Assembly (NCBI GenBank): GCA_013265495.1
Contig: MU059756.1
Span: 18,070,295-18,134,294, forward strand
Length of the DNA: 64,000 nucleotides
Origin: Vicugna vicugna
Taxonomy: Eukaryota
Reading direction: 5' to 3'
Made by a program: the position numbers and the translations under genes. The notes beneath the pieces were generated by a model. The model was not told the origin of the DNA. It worked only from the letters and a program-made list of their open reading frames with translations, and searched no databases. Below are positions 12,690-27,638 of this stretch, one piece after another (position 1 is the stretch's first letter; the number at the start of each line of letters is the position of its first letter).

Positions 12690-13470
12690 CCTGTCCTTCC
12701 ATCCTCTCCATCCACCTACGTTCAAAAACTATTCATTAAGCACCATTATAAACCAGCTTTTTTGCTAGAGGTTTAAGATATAGAAGGTTGGCTGAAATAG
12801 GACCTCAGTTTCAGAAACTACAGTCTAATGAGGAAGAGAGACAGACACATAAATAGTTAGGATGCATCACAAGTGATGCTCTATACGATGTCTGAGCAGG
12901 GCGCTGGGGGAGAATGAAGGAAAAAGGAGATTTCCTCTTTGGGGAAGGAATGCTCTGGAAGGCTTTCCTATGGACATATCATTTAATTCCTGAATGATTA
13001 AAAAACTGGGCTTTCTAAATGGACAAGTGAAACAGACTTGAGGAAGAGGGCCCAGTCCAAGCAAAGACATGAGACAAGGCATTGTGTGCTTAATAAAATA
13101 TCCAAGTGTCTGCGCAAGTACAGCCTAGGGGGCTGGGGAGGCGGGTGAATGAAAAGCAACTCTCTCTTAATGTTGGCTAGGAGAAGGCAGAAGCTGTGCT
13201 AAAAGTCTCAATTTAGCTTGTAGGCACTGCAAGGTCAACACGAATCTTCAGGGGAAGAAACGGGATGGTAAGGTCTGGGTTTTAGAGAGCCACCAGCAGC
13301 AAGAGATGGGAGGGACTAGAGCTGGGATGAAACTGGAGCTGCAGAAACCACATAACAAGTTCTGGTAATGGCTCAGGTGAGAGAAGATGGTGATTGCAGT
13401 GGAATGAATAATTCCAGAAACTCTACAGAGGCCAAACTGACGGGCCTTGATGTCTGATTGAAAGGGAAAC
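12690..13470. mobile_element. L2 LINE fragment
   Basis: L2 tail-like 'ttcattaagcacc...aggacctcagtttcagaaactacagtctaatgagga' followed by a purine-rich L2 body. Confidence 0.55.
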
Positions 13471-14507
13471 CCTGAAAAACCACAGTTGGGAATAGCTGAC
13501 TGGAAGAAATCACCTGTTTAGCACTCCTGAGAAGGCAACCACTCTAACTGCTAATGTTAATGTCAAAAAGTGCTGCCGTTCCTGATGTGCAAGGTGCATA
13601 CCTCTTCCAAAGCCTCTTAACTGACATTTTCCGTGGAATGAGATTAGTGAGGCTCCCCGTGTTCAGTTTTCAGTTTTCACACTTTCAAAATCAGTAAATC
13701 TGATATTTCAAAATAGGGCATTTCAGAAGGGATGTTTTTCTAAATTACTGCTATTACTTTCAAATACGCCAATAAACAGAACAGAGCAAACAGCCCTCCC
13801 AGGAGGGGAATATTCAGAACAGAAGATGACAAATACTCCTGTGCTGTCACTTGACATGAGAGTGCGTCTCTCAGGAGGCAGTCCCAGCTCTTCCCACCAC
13901 AATCACCAAGAACCCGAGGCAGCGCCTAGGAGAAGAGCAGCAAAGGCACCTTTTATTGTGATTGGTGCTCAGGGGCAAAATCCCACAGAATTTTCTCCCT
14001 TCATAATTGATTGCAACATGTTATTTACAAAAACATCAAAGTGTGCCAAGAACTTTGCATGTTACCTACCAGAATTCTGGGGAAAAGGGCCCTAGTAACT
14101 CCAGCAGAGTTTTTATGTATCATAATAAACTTGCACCCAGGTATCTTAATTGCAAGAAATCTTTCTAATAGCAGCAGCCTCGTAAAGTTCGATTACGTTA
14201 TGGAGATCAGTCATACACCAACGACCACATTCTTGGACAAAGGCAATGTGGTTTTTTCATATCCCAAGCAACTGAGCCCCCTGACCTGAATGCATGTCTC
14301 CAGATGTCTCTCCTACTACATTTTTATCTTGTCTTGACTTTATCAACATAATTCTCTGTAATTCCTATGTGAGTGTCAATTTTTAGGAGACAGGACTTCT
14401 TGCATGTCAACGTTCAGAGACCAGCAAGGCTTATTAGAAGTTCAGACTCCCAGGCCCCAACCCAGTCCTTCTGAATGAGACCCTGCGCATTAGAATCTGC
14501 ATTTTAA

Positions 14508-15597
14508 TTTTCTTCACTAGCTTTATTAAAGTATACTTGCCAAATAAAAGTTGTATATATTTAAGGTATATGTGATGCTTTAATATATGCATAAATTGTG
14601 AAATGATTACCACAATCAAGCTAATTAAGCCTCCACCACCTCACATAGTTTTTGTGTGTGTAGGGAAAATACTTAAGATCAACTCTGTTAGCAAGTATAA
14701 AAGACAGTATTATTAAGTATAGTCACCATGCTATACTTTAGATCTTCAGAATTATGCATCTCTTATAACTGAATCTTAGTACCCTTTGACCAACACCTTT
14801 CAGTTTCCCTCACACCCCAGCCTCTAGCAACCATCATTCTACTCTGCCTTTATGAGTTCGACTTCTTCAGATTACAGATATAAGTGAGATCATACAGTAT
14901 TTTTCCTTCTGTATAGCTTATTTTACAGGCTCATCTATGCAGTCATAAATGGCAGGACTTCCTTCTTTTTAAAGGCTGAATAATATTCCATTGTATATAC
15001 AGCCAAATTTTCTTTTATCCATTCATCCATTGATGGACTTAGTTTGTTTTCATAGCTTGGCCATTGTGACAGATGCTGCAATAAACGTGGAAATGCAGAT
15101 ATCTCTTTGAGACATTGATTTCATTTCCNNNNNNNNNNNNNNNNNNNNNNNNNNNNNNNNNNNNNNNNNNNNNNNNNNNNNNNNNNNNNNNNNNNNNNNN
15201 NNNNNNNNNNNNNNNNNNNNNNNNNNNNNNNNNNNNNNNNNNNNNNNNNNNNNNNNNNNNNNNNNNNNNNNNNNNNNNNNNNNNNNNNNNNNNNNNNNNN
15301 NNNNNNNNNNNNNNNNNNNNNNNNNNNNNNNNNNNNNNNNNNNNNNNNNNNNNNNNNNNNNNNNNNNNNNNNNNNNNNNNNNNNNNNNNNNNNNNNNNNN
15401 NNNNNNNNNNNNNNNNNNNNNNNNNNNNNNNNNNNNNNNNNNNNNNNNNNNNNNNNNNNNNNNNNNNNNNNNNNNNNNNNNNNNNNNNNNNNNNNNNNNN
15501 NNNNNNNNNNNNNNNNNNNNNNNNNNNNNNNNNNNNNNNNNNNNNNNNNNNNNNNNNNNNNNNNNNNNNNNNNNNNNNNNNNNNNNNNNNNNNNNNN
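14508..15597 (-). mobile_element. L1MA-type 3' element (partly N-masked) inserted in a MER5B
   Basis: Antisense L1 3' UTR text ('aattgtgaaatgattaccacaatcaagctaattaa'). MER5B halves flank it at about 14420-14507 and 15618-15687. Confidence 0.8.
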
Positions 15598-16038
15598 CTG
15601 CACAGCAGTTAGTTTGATGCATTCCAACTTGTGTTTTAACAAGATCCCTGGGAGATGTGGAGTCACGCTAAGGCATGAGAAGCATCGCCCAGGACAGAGA
15701 TAGCAACAGGTCTAGAGTGGATCTACCAAACTCCACATACAGGCCTTTTAGAATATTTACATTTATAATATACATACCTCTGTTTCTGAATTATTTGTTT
15801 ACAGTACTTAAGAAGAAACAGACAACTGTCCAAGGAAAAGGAGTATAATTCTTCCTGCTCATTATGATGAAGATGGTTTTGTCAGTTGCTTTCTTTTGGG
15901 AGATGGCCCAGGGAAGATTTGAGAAGGGGTAAATAGAAGTCTGTACACCATCATTTCTATAGCTAATGCATCCAAAACAAATTTTAACATAATTTCCCCG
16001 GTGGTTCTGACATTTTGCAATTTCTTTATCTCCTTATA

Positions 16039-16511
16039 CAAGCACACATTGGAGATATTTTGGGTTTAGATACAGACNNNNNNNNNNNNNNNNNNNNNNN
16101 NNNNNNNNNNNNNNNNNNNNNNNNNNNNNNNNNNNNNNNNNNNNNNNNNNNNNNNNNNNNNNNNNNNNNNNNNNNNNNNNNNNNNNNNNNNNNNNNNNNN
16201 NNNNNNNNNNNNNNNNNNNNNNNNNNNNNCTATTGCAAAAACTACTAACCATCATCTGGGCCTTCAGCAAGTTATAATCTTTTTTCAATAGTAACATCAA
16301 AACAAAGATCACTGATCACCATACCAAATATAATAATAATAAAAAATTCTGAAACACTGTGAAAATTACCAAAATGTGACACTGAGACACAAAGTGACAA
16401 ATGCTATTGGAAAAATGGCACTGATAGACCTGCCTGATGCAGGGTTACCACAAAACTTCAATGTGTAAAAAACTGAGTATCTGCAAAGCACAATAAAACA
16501 AAGTGTGCTTG
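16039..16511 (-). mobile_element. Tigger1-derived non-autonomous element
   Basis: Degenerate Tigger1 TIRs ('caagcacacattggagatatt' ... 'aataaaacaaagtgtgcttg') with TA on both sides. Confidence 0.85.
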
Positions 16512-19500
16512 TAGCTTTTTTCTGCACAATGGTGCATATATTCCTGTAAGCTCAAGAAATTAGCCATAATTTCAGCTGAAGAATCTTCTGCCTAGTGATG
16601 TTTTATATATCCTTCAGGGTCCACATTAGAAGGCAATGAAATTTCAACAAGGGATTATAGGGACATAATTAAAACAGTGCTTTAAATTAAATAGTTCTTC
16701 TAATTAATTTCATAGAACAATAGGCATACAGAAATGCTGGTAATAAAGTTTAACCATTATACACTGTATTGCAAGTAAAAACATTAATGTTGTAAACCAT
16801 AAGTAAGAGCCCACGCCTCTGCCATTTGAAGGAAAAATCCCACAAACAAAATGAAAACTTCTCTGCCTCCCCAGTTAAAGACTGGGACATAAATGTGAGC
16901 TCAAACATGATGGGGTCCCCAAACCCCAAACCAAAATATTCAAGATTAAAAAAAATTAAAATTTATTAAATAGAAAATGACTATAATCGAATATAACAGT
17001 AACCCTCATATTTTATTTATTCTGAAAAAAATAATTTGCAATGGTTCATTTATACCATAGCTTTTAAAGTTGGATCTTGTAGGATATTGTGGATTTTAGG
17101 GAAGGATTATGTGCAGTGGCACATATAAGGTGAGACATAGATGCTATTTGCCAAAATGAAGAACAATGGAAAGATAATTGCACTGTTCTTGTGTTTGTCA
17201 ATGTGTGCATATGCCTCAGAAACTTTGCAGCTTTGGGTGAAGAATACAGAAACTTCTCTCCATGTAGATTTCAACTGCTTTATAAATGAGCAAACAAATA
17301 GTTTGTAACCAATGAACATTTCTTGAGTCTATACTCTGAGCAATGTACCTTACAAGACACTAAATTGAGCAAGCTAAGCAAGTCCAACAATGGTGAAACC
17401 CTGATACGTGGTGAGCATTTATTTACGAGATAGGCAGACTCTTCTTCAGAAAAATAAACATTTTTATGCCGTTGATATTTATAACTCTCACAAACATCCT
17501 TTTAATCAAACTGTGTCCCTGTAACACAATCCATGGGAGGACAGGTTTTAAGAAAATTGAGGGAAAGCACAATAGGGCTTTTAGCAGCGCTCAGCCCTTA
17601 CCAAGGTCAAACAGCCAGAGACAACTCTCAGCAATAGAATTTTCCATCCGGTTCCTAGCACGACACTTGGGGGCTTTTAACATCAAAGCATTACCCAGTT
17701 GCAGAAAATAACTGCTCAAACAACAACAAATGAGGTCAGAAAGATCATCAGATTTATTGCCAAAGTGGAAAAAGAGGCATGGTTTCCAGAGAGGCTTTAA
17801 TTAATGAAAAAGAAGGTAATTCCTTGAAAACCCAGCAGTGGAGAAACCCACAAATAAGCATGGCTTCTCCCTGCCCACATTTTAGCCCTTATTAGACCCT
17901 GAATTGCTTTAGAATCATATCTCTAGCAGGCTTCGGTTTGGTAATCCACCCAATTAATGACAGCTATTCAGCAGAGCATTCTTTATTACCTTTTAATCTT
18001 TTTGAATTCTTTTGCCTCCTCCCCCCCACAGAACATGTTTCAACATCAGTCCTGGGTCTATTTTCTCCTAGGTGATTCAGTATAAGCCTGGAGGTGGCAG
18101 TCAAGTTTACTCACTGTCAAGGCAAGGATAAAAACATAAATCTGGGAGGAAGTGATGCAGAACTTGATAAATAAGACTGGAACCGACAGCCCCCACCCTC
18201 AGTCTCAGAGGGGCCCCCTCAGTCAGCAGAGGTGCCCTGAAGACTTTTTATCTGATGCAAGAGATCAATTCAAAGACAGGAACTTAGGCACCAGCCTAAC
18301 TCAAGTTGCTGCATCCCACCATCTATCTGTCCTTCCAACAAAAATGTACTCAACTTCTACAATGTGCGTGGCTCGAGAGAGTAATACTGAAATAGTTCCT
18401 GCCCTCACAAAGCTTCCTTTTTCTAGCCCTCCCTCCCTTTCCATCAGTCTTACCAGGTTAAGTTTTATGTTGAACTACACTGAGATTAATTTGTACATCC
18501 ATTTACTAGAAATTAGACCTAAACCCCTTGGCCATTCCATTTAAGCCACCAAGTAGACATCAGTCGGTAACTGTCCTCTCTCCAAATTTAATACACAGGT
18601 AGCCTCAAGGTAAGGACTTGGATGCCCACCTTCAGAAATGGCTATGGGAACAAAATCAATCATGTCTGACTCTATATCTACTGGAAGCCATTAACAGTTG
18701 AGGCAATTTTTTTTCTTGGGCTCCAGTAGACATTATAAATAGCTTCACCTGTAACAAGATGTGGTGAGTCCATAGGGAAGATCCCAAGAGGCTTGGGGCC
18801 CAGGCTGTGTGGATAGGACACTGAGAAAATGACTAAATTACTGTCTCCATTCTGTCCATTAGGGGATAAGAATATATATGACCAAAATATTGGGGGGAAA
18901 AATGAGCTGGAATGAAAAAACTGCATGGCTAAGTGTGAGGGGCCTGAACACACTTGATTTGAAATCACAGCTCCATCACTAAATACCTTTATGAAAAATA
19001 AACATTTTTAAGCCTCTTTAAATGTTTTGAAACCTGCTTTATTTCCGTTTCCTCTTTTGGAAGATTAGAGATAATAATCGCACAAACATCCTAGGATGAT
19101 CATGAAGATCAAAAGGAATAATTCATGTCAAGCATTAGTGCTCAATAAAGGCTACAAACAGAACAAACAAAAACATTTTCCACCAATATATCATAAAATA
19201 TCCCTTAGAAGCAATAAGGTTATATGGCCTCTATTCCAACCTTCTTCACCAAGATATTGTAAAGATGAGTAAATAGATAAATTGAGAAAAGTACTCTGAA
19301 TTCCTAAGAGAAAATATAGTACGTATCTGTAAAGTACTATCAGGATTAGAGTGTGAAGTTTGTAATGAGTACATCCTAATGGCTACTGGGGCTCTGGTAA
19401 CTGGTTTCATTATTCTGATTCATTGGCTTAGAAGCCATTAGTTCACCTGATGAACAGGTAAGCACAGGACTATAGGAGATGGAGGGATGGAAAGGGGAAG

Positions 19501-21139
19501 TAGAGGGGACAGACAGTGTAAATACCAACACAACTCCCCAGTTGAGGGAATTCACTATAAGAATTCACAAGTTCTGTGCTTGTGCCTTATTTGTAAATTA
19601 AAAATGGACTTTTCTTTGTTTTGGTAGCTGAAGCAACTAAAATCCTAGAAATGTCCTTCAACTTTGGCCCACACCACCCAAGCTGGCTGTGCCATACAAG
19701 ACACTGAGCTTCAAACATGAAACCATGATACGAAGGGCAACTGTTAGCACTGCACTGAAATCCTGTAACAATCTTTGGAAAGAAACCAAGAAGGAAGAAA
19801 AGAAAACTTTCTGTGTCTGGTCTAGACTTCATTTCTTCAGAACTAAACCTCATCTCCCAGGGTGATTGTGGCAGGGTGATAATTAGGATCAGCTACAAGG
19901 TGGCTCTCTGCCAGCTCCATCTCATAATCAGCCTTCACTTACTCCCTCCCATCTATCTCAGGCCACCATCACTGTTTTCAGCAGCTGAAAATAATGAGAC
20001 AAGAGCCTGAGAAACCACCTAGCAGATCATATTAGATTCAGCTACTGACCTTCGCAAATTCTGAGTAATCTTTGGTGGGAAGGTGACAAGTGATTTCTAA
20101 GCTGTCCGCAGCAAATCAATCTCTCTAGCTAATCATCAATGACATTTCAGTAGGTACTGATATTTGGAATGAAAAGTTCAAAAAAAATTGTTAAGTCTCC
20201 CACTCTTCCATCACAGGAAAGAGTCATTCTTGCTATTACAGAGAAAAGAGCTTCGTGAAATATCATTCAGTAATAAATGACTTTGAAAATGTTTTTCAAT
20301 AGGTCCCTTTGATCCAGCATGGGCTAGCCCAGAATTTCCCAAAAAGTGATAGCCATCCTATTAGTAGTATCCCAAAACATCTCATGTTGTATGTGGATGA
20401 AATTTTACTAAATGGTTGTGCATAAATTTTAATACTATGGAAAAAAGTACAATTCTACATTAAGCCCATGATTTCATAGGTATTATTTATTAGGAAGAGG
20501 TCACAGTAAAAAAGTAACTGGATTCAAAGATAAATATTAAGTAAATAATAAGATAGGTACTCATGGGTCTAGCGAAAATGTACGTATGGAAGTGATGACT
20601 TGGGCTGAGAACTATGGCTCTTTACCGGGCCAGGGATTCCTATGATTACTCAAAGAGTTCCCTCATCCTCCTTCAGCTGGGGTAACAGAATGGCTTGAAT
20701 GCATCCTTTTTGATTCATTACAATAACCTGACTGCGAGCCTCACATCACATGAGCTATTTTAAAAGAGCAGACAGGAACGGGGGGGTGCACTCAATTCCT
20801 ATAATCATGCTCAGGCAGGAGACAAAAAAATCAATGGACAAAGAGGAATTTTATGGCAGCAACATAGAGGTTCAAAAGTTTCCCTTCTGCAGAGAACACG
20901 GGGACGGGACTTTCAAATCAAAGGTGCTCCTAACAAAATATACACTGCCCCCTGAGTTTGGGTGATGTGTTCTATTAATCTTTGCATGTCCTAAGTATCT
21001 CCATAATAGGTGCTTAATAAATATTTGAATAAATAAATAACTACCCATATATCAAATTTATGAATATTGCAAAACAGTATCATCAACAAAACTTCACACG
21101 TAGGTGCAAGGACATTGTAGCTCTAGGAATGACACCTAC

Positions 21140-21466
21140 CTTGGGCACAGTCTTCACGTGGAACAGTATGTTTTGGAAGGAGTGTCCATCACTGGCCTGC
21201 AAGACTGCGACATCGGAAGGGCTATCCGAGCCATCATGAGCATAAAGGAGAAGACCCCTGGAGAGCTCATCCAGCCGGAACTGATAGATTGGGGCTGCAG
21301 GGGACTGAAGGGCTTGGAGCAACTGGCCATGGACTGGAGGATCCAGCACTTGGACCACCACGTCCTGTGGGTTGTCGTCATCTCGGATGTCAAGCAGCTG
21401 GGTGGTGATGGTTCCCCTCTCTCCTCTGCTAATGTGGAGGGCCTCATTTCTCAGCACATAAGGGGC
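21140..21466 (-). CDS. FRAS1: FRAS1 exon ~29, CSPG repeat APYVLRNEALHISRGERGTITTQLLDIRDDDNPQDVVVQVLDPPVHGQLL...DGHSFQNILFHVKTVPK
   Basis: Acceptor ctccacag|GCC, donor AAG|gtaggt; 327 nt, phase 0-0. Overlaps ORF 21083..21457. Confidence 0.96.
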
Positions 21467-23759
21467 CTGTGGAGTTGAAGGGAAGGAGAAGGGAAGCCAC
21501 TAGCAGGAAAAGACTGGACAATCCAGTGAGCCAGATGCCAGGTGTGTGCAAGCTGATTGATATTTCTGTGCTTTTTAAGGAACTCTACATGCTCCAGTGA
21601 AGTGCCAAACTCTTGCATAGGCAGAGCATTTATCACAGGTGTAGTCAGTCACAGGAATCACTGCAAAGGAGGTTACTTTACACCTCGGGTTCTGGAGGTT
21701 TCTTAAGCCACATCCAGACCATGGTATTGATCAGGGACAATCAAGGCGAGCTGCTTGCTTCTACATCTCTGAAGTCTCTGCTGTCTTGATTTACACTACA
21801 TCCCCTGCATGGTAACTGAGATCACCTCAGTGTCAAGGAACTCAGTCAGTCTGCAGCCAAGGGTGACTAATGAGAGGTATGGAGCTTTGGCATCTGTGCT
21901 GGGAGTTGAGCGCTTCACTCCAGGCTACGCTGCAGCATGCGGATTTGGAGTGAGACACCGACACGGTCTCCACTCATGCTCTTTCTGGTCCTTCCCAGTC
22001 ATTTCCCTCAAGCTGTCTCATCCATATCAGGAAGCGGCCCACCTCAACTCAGAGTATAAAGCCTGATAAGATCATGGTCTGGGTAAGGCAGCCACCTGGT
22101 TAATTCATGTGGCAAATTTTAATATGTTTTCCTTAGGATTATCAGGTTTTCCTCCAGCAACTTCAGTAAGCAGATAAAATGTTCTTTCATAAAGATAAAA
22201 GTTAATGAACCACAACAGGAAAAAAAAAAACAACTAACCCCTCCAAAAAAATCGAGGTGAGAAGCCAAAGAAAATATTATCTTAGTTTTTTATATCGTTT
22301 GAAGTTAAACCATCTAGGACTTCTCTCAGCACACTGCCTTCTTTAATCCAAATGGCTTTCTTTTTAAAATACTCCCCACCCCCCGGCCTCCTGGAAATTT
22401 CAATATCTATTAAAGTAATGTCTAACTAATGCATCTTTATAATAATCACATAATAGGATATGAAAAGATAGCTACTCCCCAGGATTCCCAAGTGAGAATT
22501 CAAAAGCTGGGATTCTATATGTGGGAATGAATAGCCCCTTGGATTCTTAAAGAGGTGATGTCAAAATCCATAAGTGGGAAAGATCAACTTAGCTCACATG
22601 AGGAAATCTTAGGGAGACTTAAAACCATATTGAAATAGCACAGAACTGTAAAGGAACAAAAATAAGCTAAAATTAATTTCTAAAATTCCATTTAAAAAAA
22701 TGCTACAATGATAAAAGTTTCTCATATAATAAGTAAAATAAAAATGTGCCCTCACCATCTACTCCATTTATTTGGGGAAAGCAAACAAACAAAAATCTGG
22801 GAACCATGGCAACTTATCATCTCAGAAGTCGCTTGTCAAAACCTAGCCTGAGTCTTTTATTCACTTAATTAGTGTAACTATATTAGCACAAACAAAAAGA
22901 ACAAAACAAAACTTCAGAGGCTAAGTACTGAGAAACATCTAAGCCAGTAAATCCTGAGACTTGGTGGCCCTCTGACCCATATTTACAGAGATCACATGTT
23001 TTAGCTTTAATTAAAATAAAATTCATACTCTTTGCCTAACCCTGAGGTCAAATTAATTTAGGATCAATTTTTGATCATTCCTCAACTTCAGTCATCCCTG
23101 AAGTGAGACTTGCTGAGCTGGGCTGTGAATACCATTTGGCAGTCACTTCTGGTTCAAGTCTATGTTATCCTTGGTGTGTGGTCTTTTCATTTGGGGACCA
23201 AAAATATAAAAATATCAGTTTTAAAAACAATGATCTCATATCCTTCCCTGAATCATGACTAATTAATGCACTACTGACATCTAATACTTAGGTAGTCTTG
23301 GTTCTCCCACGCTGATACCCCACTCTCTTGTTGTTCACAACTTAATGATACATTGATCTTCCTCCTCTTTGCTCATTTCAGCTGTTCAATCCCTCTAGCC
23401 CAGGCACTGGGAGCATCCACCACTGTATGTATTCAGGACACATAAGTACAACCTGACAGAGATAAGTGATGAGAACAGACGAGCCATCACACTGAGTTTT
23501 AGAGCATCTACCCTGATTTCCTCAGACTTGTGTTTGGCAGATGACCACAGTGCACTTCGTTTAAGTGGATCCTTAAAGATCCTCTAACTACTGCACACTG
23601 AGTTAAATGCAGTCCTGCTACATGATCAATGGGCAAAAGTAGGTGGACTTAATTCTAATCCCTGAGAGAGAAATATTTAGAAAAAACATACTTATTTACC
23701 TAAAAATAGGGAAGTCTCAACAACTGGCACAGCTTCAAAATATTCTGAAGGGCTGGTAT

Positions 23760-23990
23760 CAGATTCAGTGTAGTAAAGTAAAGAATGAAGACTCTGTAAC
23801 CAGAGACACCGATTTGCTGGGCACGACCTCAGCTCTCTGAGCTCTGTCACCATAGACACATTCCTTTACCTCCTGTGACTTAGTCTCCTCATCTGTGAAT
23901 TGGGGATCATAACACCTCAGAGGGCTGGCATGAGGACTGAATGAGAAGCATAAGAAGAGTATTTGAGGTGTATAAGTAACCATTGTTGCT
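23760..23990 (+). mobile_element. MIR SINE
   Basis: 'tttacctcctgtgacttagtctcctcatctgtgaattggggatcataacacctcagaggg'. Confidence 0.7.
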
Positions 23991-24155
23991 TGTTACTACC
24001 CACAAGTACTAAAAATTATTCTAGTGGCATTTCCTGAGGACACCGACACAAGGTTAATTTAGCTCAAATATTTCTGCTAAAACTACTGAAAATCTCAATT
24101 TGTGCATGAGAATGAGTAGGCGTGAGACATTATTAATCATGTGGCATTTCCTTAC

Positions 24156-24240
24156 CTGTGTTGAAAATGCTTGTATGTGGATCAGCTGTGGCTCCGAGAA
24201 GAACTGCTGGTCACTAATTTTCAGGGAAAAGTAACCTTTC
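24156..24240 (-). CDS. FRAS1: FRAS1 exon ~28 (R)KGYFSLKISDQQFFSEPQLIHIQAFSTQ
   Basis: Acceptor tctttcag|G, donor CAG|gtaagg; 85 nt, phase 2-0. Confidence 0.95.
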
Positions 24241-25274
24241 CTGAAAGAAGTCCCCAAGAAAGGAATGAGAAAATACCATCATTAACTTGGTCTTTGGAAA
24301 GACAAGGATTAAAAACATTTTCAGGCTATGTGCACATAAGAATTTGGCTCAAACCACTACAGCAACATAATACTGTACACAGAAGTGACCACATAAAGAT
24401 GAACACAGTGAGATGCAGATGCTGCTGCTGTGTATTCTTTGATTTTATTATAACATAACAATTACATAAACTTTTGGCTTTCTATTTTTCTAAATAGAAT
24501 ATGGAAAAGGTTGAAAAATCAGTTGTTGGGCCAAGACAGGTTAGTAATATATTGAAGGCTAATGGTTAAGTTGGGGAATGAAAAGGAATCTTTCATAGTT
24601 TCTGACTAGTTCTCAGTGATTCCCTCTTCCCTGCAAATCCTCTTCCCAACCCCTGCCCAATTCATGTGAGTGGCCCCCATTAACAATGTTGGCAATGTTT
24701 GTATTATATGACTCTGTAGCCCCCTCTCCCTCCGGCCACACACATACACATTTGATGTGGACTGGACAAGGGAAGAATGGCTGATTATTCCCTAGAAATT
24801 TGGAACCAACCCCATTTGACTATGGGGAACCACAGTCTATCATGTCAATAAGCAAAGAGACAGAGATGAGAGGAAGAACTGAATTCCACTTTCCTTTCCC
24901 TTTTCTAACTTCGGGGCTTGCCCTGGAAACCCAGGTGCCCTTGATGGGTTTGATATCTGAGCCATACCTGCCATGTTATAAACAAGCCTTAATCTGGTTC
25001 AAGTTGACTCCCATTACTTGCAACTAAAGAGTCCTAATTAATAGAACAAAATAAGGCTCACTCTTTGCTGTGGTTTTTGCTTCCTATAAAAGTGTTGTTC
25101 CAGCAGCTTCAGAGCCCCAACACCTCCTGGGAAGGTAGGAGGTGCCCACCTTCAAAGCCAAAGCAAGCTCAGAACTCACTTCAGGCTGGTAAGATGTGTG
25201 ATTAATGCATTATGGATGGTTGTGAATTCTGGTCTACTACAGGGACGATAAGCTTCTTTAAAGGGCATTCATGG

Positions 25275-25600
25275 AACTAATTACTGATACATGAAAGAAT
25301 GTGGATGATCTCAAAAGCATCATGGCAAAAGCCAGAAACAAAAGATTATATACCGTATGGCCCATTCACATGACATTTCAGAAAGGGCAAACCAATAAGG
25401 GTAAACAACAGGTCAGTGATTGCCAGGGATGGGGGTAGGGAGTCCTGTAAAAATGACTTTGGAGGGGTGGTGACAAAATTGTTGCAGTCCCAAGACTACA
25501 AGACCTTATATATTTGTTAACACTCGTAGAACAGTACACTTTAAAATGGGGAACTATATTGAATGCAAATTATACCTCAGTAAACCTGATTTTTTAAAAA
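25275..25600 (+). mobile_element. L1MB/MC 3' end fragment
   Basis: 'gaatgtggatgatctcaaaagcatcatg...ttgaatgcaaattatacctcagtaaacctgattttt'. Confidence 0.75.
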
Positions 25601-27638
25601 AGGAATTCTTGTCTTCCCTCTCATTTCATCGTCTCTTTCATTTTCTGTCCCATTTAAATCCTGCCCCTCTCCACTGCTACCTCCATACTTCAAGAGAATG
25701 CAGGTGATGGAAGCAGCAGAATGAAGAAAGAGGGGTTGTTACTTCCAACCGACAGGGGAAAAACGATTTTTGGTGGCACTGAGGTTCCAGTCTCTCAGCA
25801 ACGCCAGCTCATCTCGGCCACTACAACTGTATTTCCAAGTCGTCTGGCACTCCCCGGGGGCACTCCAACCCAAAGGAAGCCAATCCTAAAGAACCATGGT
25901 GGGTGTTTTCACGGGGAAAAATCACCACAAACCCATGTGGCAAGCTGCCCCTTTTGTTTCTGTATAATTCAGAGACATAATTTCCTCTTTCCATGAGTTT
26001 CTATTAACCTTGTTTTACTATTCCTCTCATTCTTTCTTTTCAAAAACATTTTAGATAAGAAAAATCCAATGTTAAAATGGGTACTAAAAAATAAAAAGAG
26101 TACTGAAAGAAGTCCCTGCAAAATAGGTGGCATTTGCCTGTTTAGGAGTATAAAGCTGACTCTGCAAAAAAAACAGGTGATGAAAGATTAAAGAAGTTAA
26201 ACAGACACGAGGGTTGACTTTGGTTGTCTGCGGAGCTTTACATTCTTTATGCACTTTTCACAAGTGATTCCGAGACAAATGACTACAGGTACAGAGCTGT
26301 GTGATGCCAATACTTAAGAACAACACTTGAGGCAAAATGAATGAAGGGGACGGAGCACAAACCTGGAGTGATTCCATGGCATCAGACACCAGAGTTTGAA
26401 GCTCCATCTCTACAGCAAGACTTTCCTACACAGTCATCTTTTGCCCCTGGAGGGTGGACGCGTGCCCGTTATTCCTAGTACTACTGAGGAGGCAGAAATC
26501 ATGGTGGCTGAAGCCATGGGGAGTGGAATCAGCCTTGGTTGGAGTGTCAGCTCTATGCTCACACTTGGCTGTGAGGCTTGGGCAAGATTACTTATTGATT
26601 CACTCAAGGCCTCTGTTTCCCTATCTGTAGAGTCGGAACATAAATAAATAAATTCACATAAGCTGCTGAAAAACCTGGGTCATAGTTAGCACTCAGTAAA
26701 TATTAGTTGTTCTTATTCCCATAAGATGGGAGGTTTTGAGATTTCTGGCATCACTGGCTCTGAAATGCAATACGGAAAGTGCAATCTAATTTCCCCCCAC
26801 CTATCTCCTAGCCCAAACCTCGAACATTTAAAAAAAATCTCAAGTTTAGTGGTAATAGTTGAAAATATTCACTGTTCTTTATCATTGTTCCCTGGGTTTC
26901 AATTCCTTGTTTACATATATAGTCTACTCTGAATAATCTGCACTAATGATGCAGAGCAGCGTGAAGGATAATCCAAGAGGCTAATCCTTGGGGTGCATTC
27001 TCTGATTTCTGTTTAGTAGATCTGCTCTGCTAATTACTCGGCTACGTTTGCTTGGGTTAGTGTTAACATACAATTGCATTCTTGAAGCCTGTGTCAGCTG
27101 AGGTGGAGAGGACAGCCAGAAGTGTGCTCGGCATCAGAGGAAAACTGGATCAGGCTTAAGAATTAACAATTAGTCCCACAAAGCGGATAATAAAAAGTTA
27201 ACGATGACTCTTAGTTTCCTTCTAACTCTGAAATTCTAGGAACCATACAACACCTTGAAAAGCACACACTCCATCCTCCAGCCACTCCCTCCTCCCAGTA
27301 TAGTACCCCAGTGCTGAAGAAGCAGCTGCAACGTCTGGGTGTATAAGTGATTTTGTTTCTCCTGGGCCAAAAAACTGGGTAATTGTACTAGGAACTTTGC
27401 TGTCACATCAGAGAATTACCCATAATTATGTGATAAAATGAAAATGCCTCTAACAGAAGCACTCTCTCTGAGCAGTTACAGTGAAACGACAACAGGCAGC
27501 TGAAAGTATTTGGCGTTGGTAGAGTATTGATCTTCCTCAGGAGAGAAGGGAGAGCTGCTGAGATGGGGGAGGAGCGGGGGGCTGCGCGGAGCACTGACGG
27601 AAAGAAGGCAGGAAGGAAACAACAGAGCACCGCGTCAC

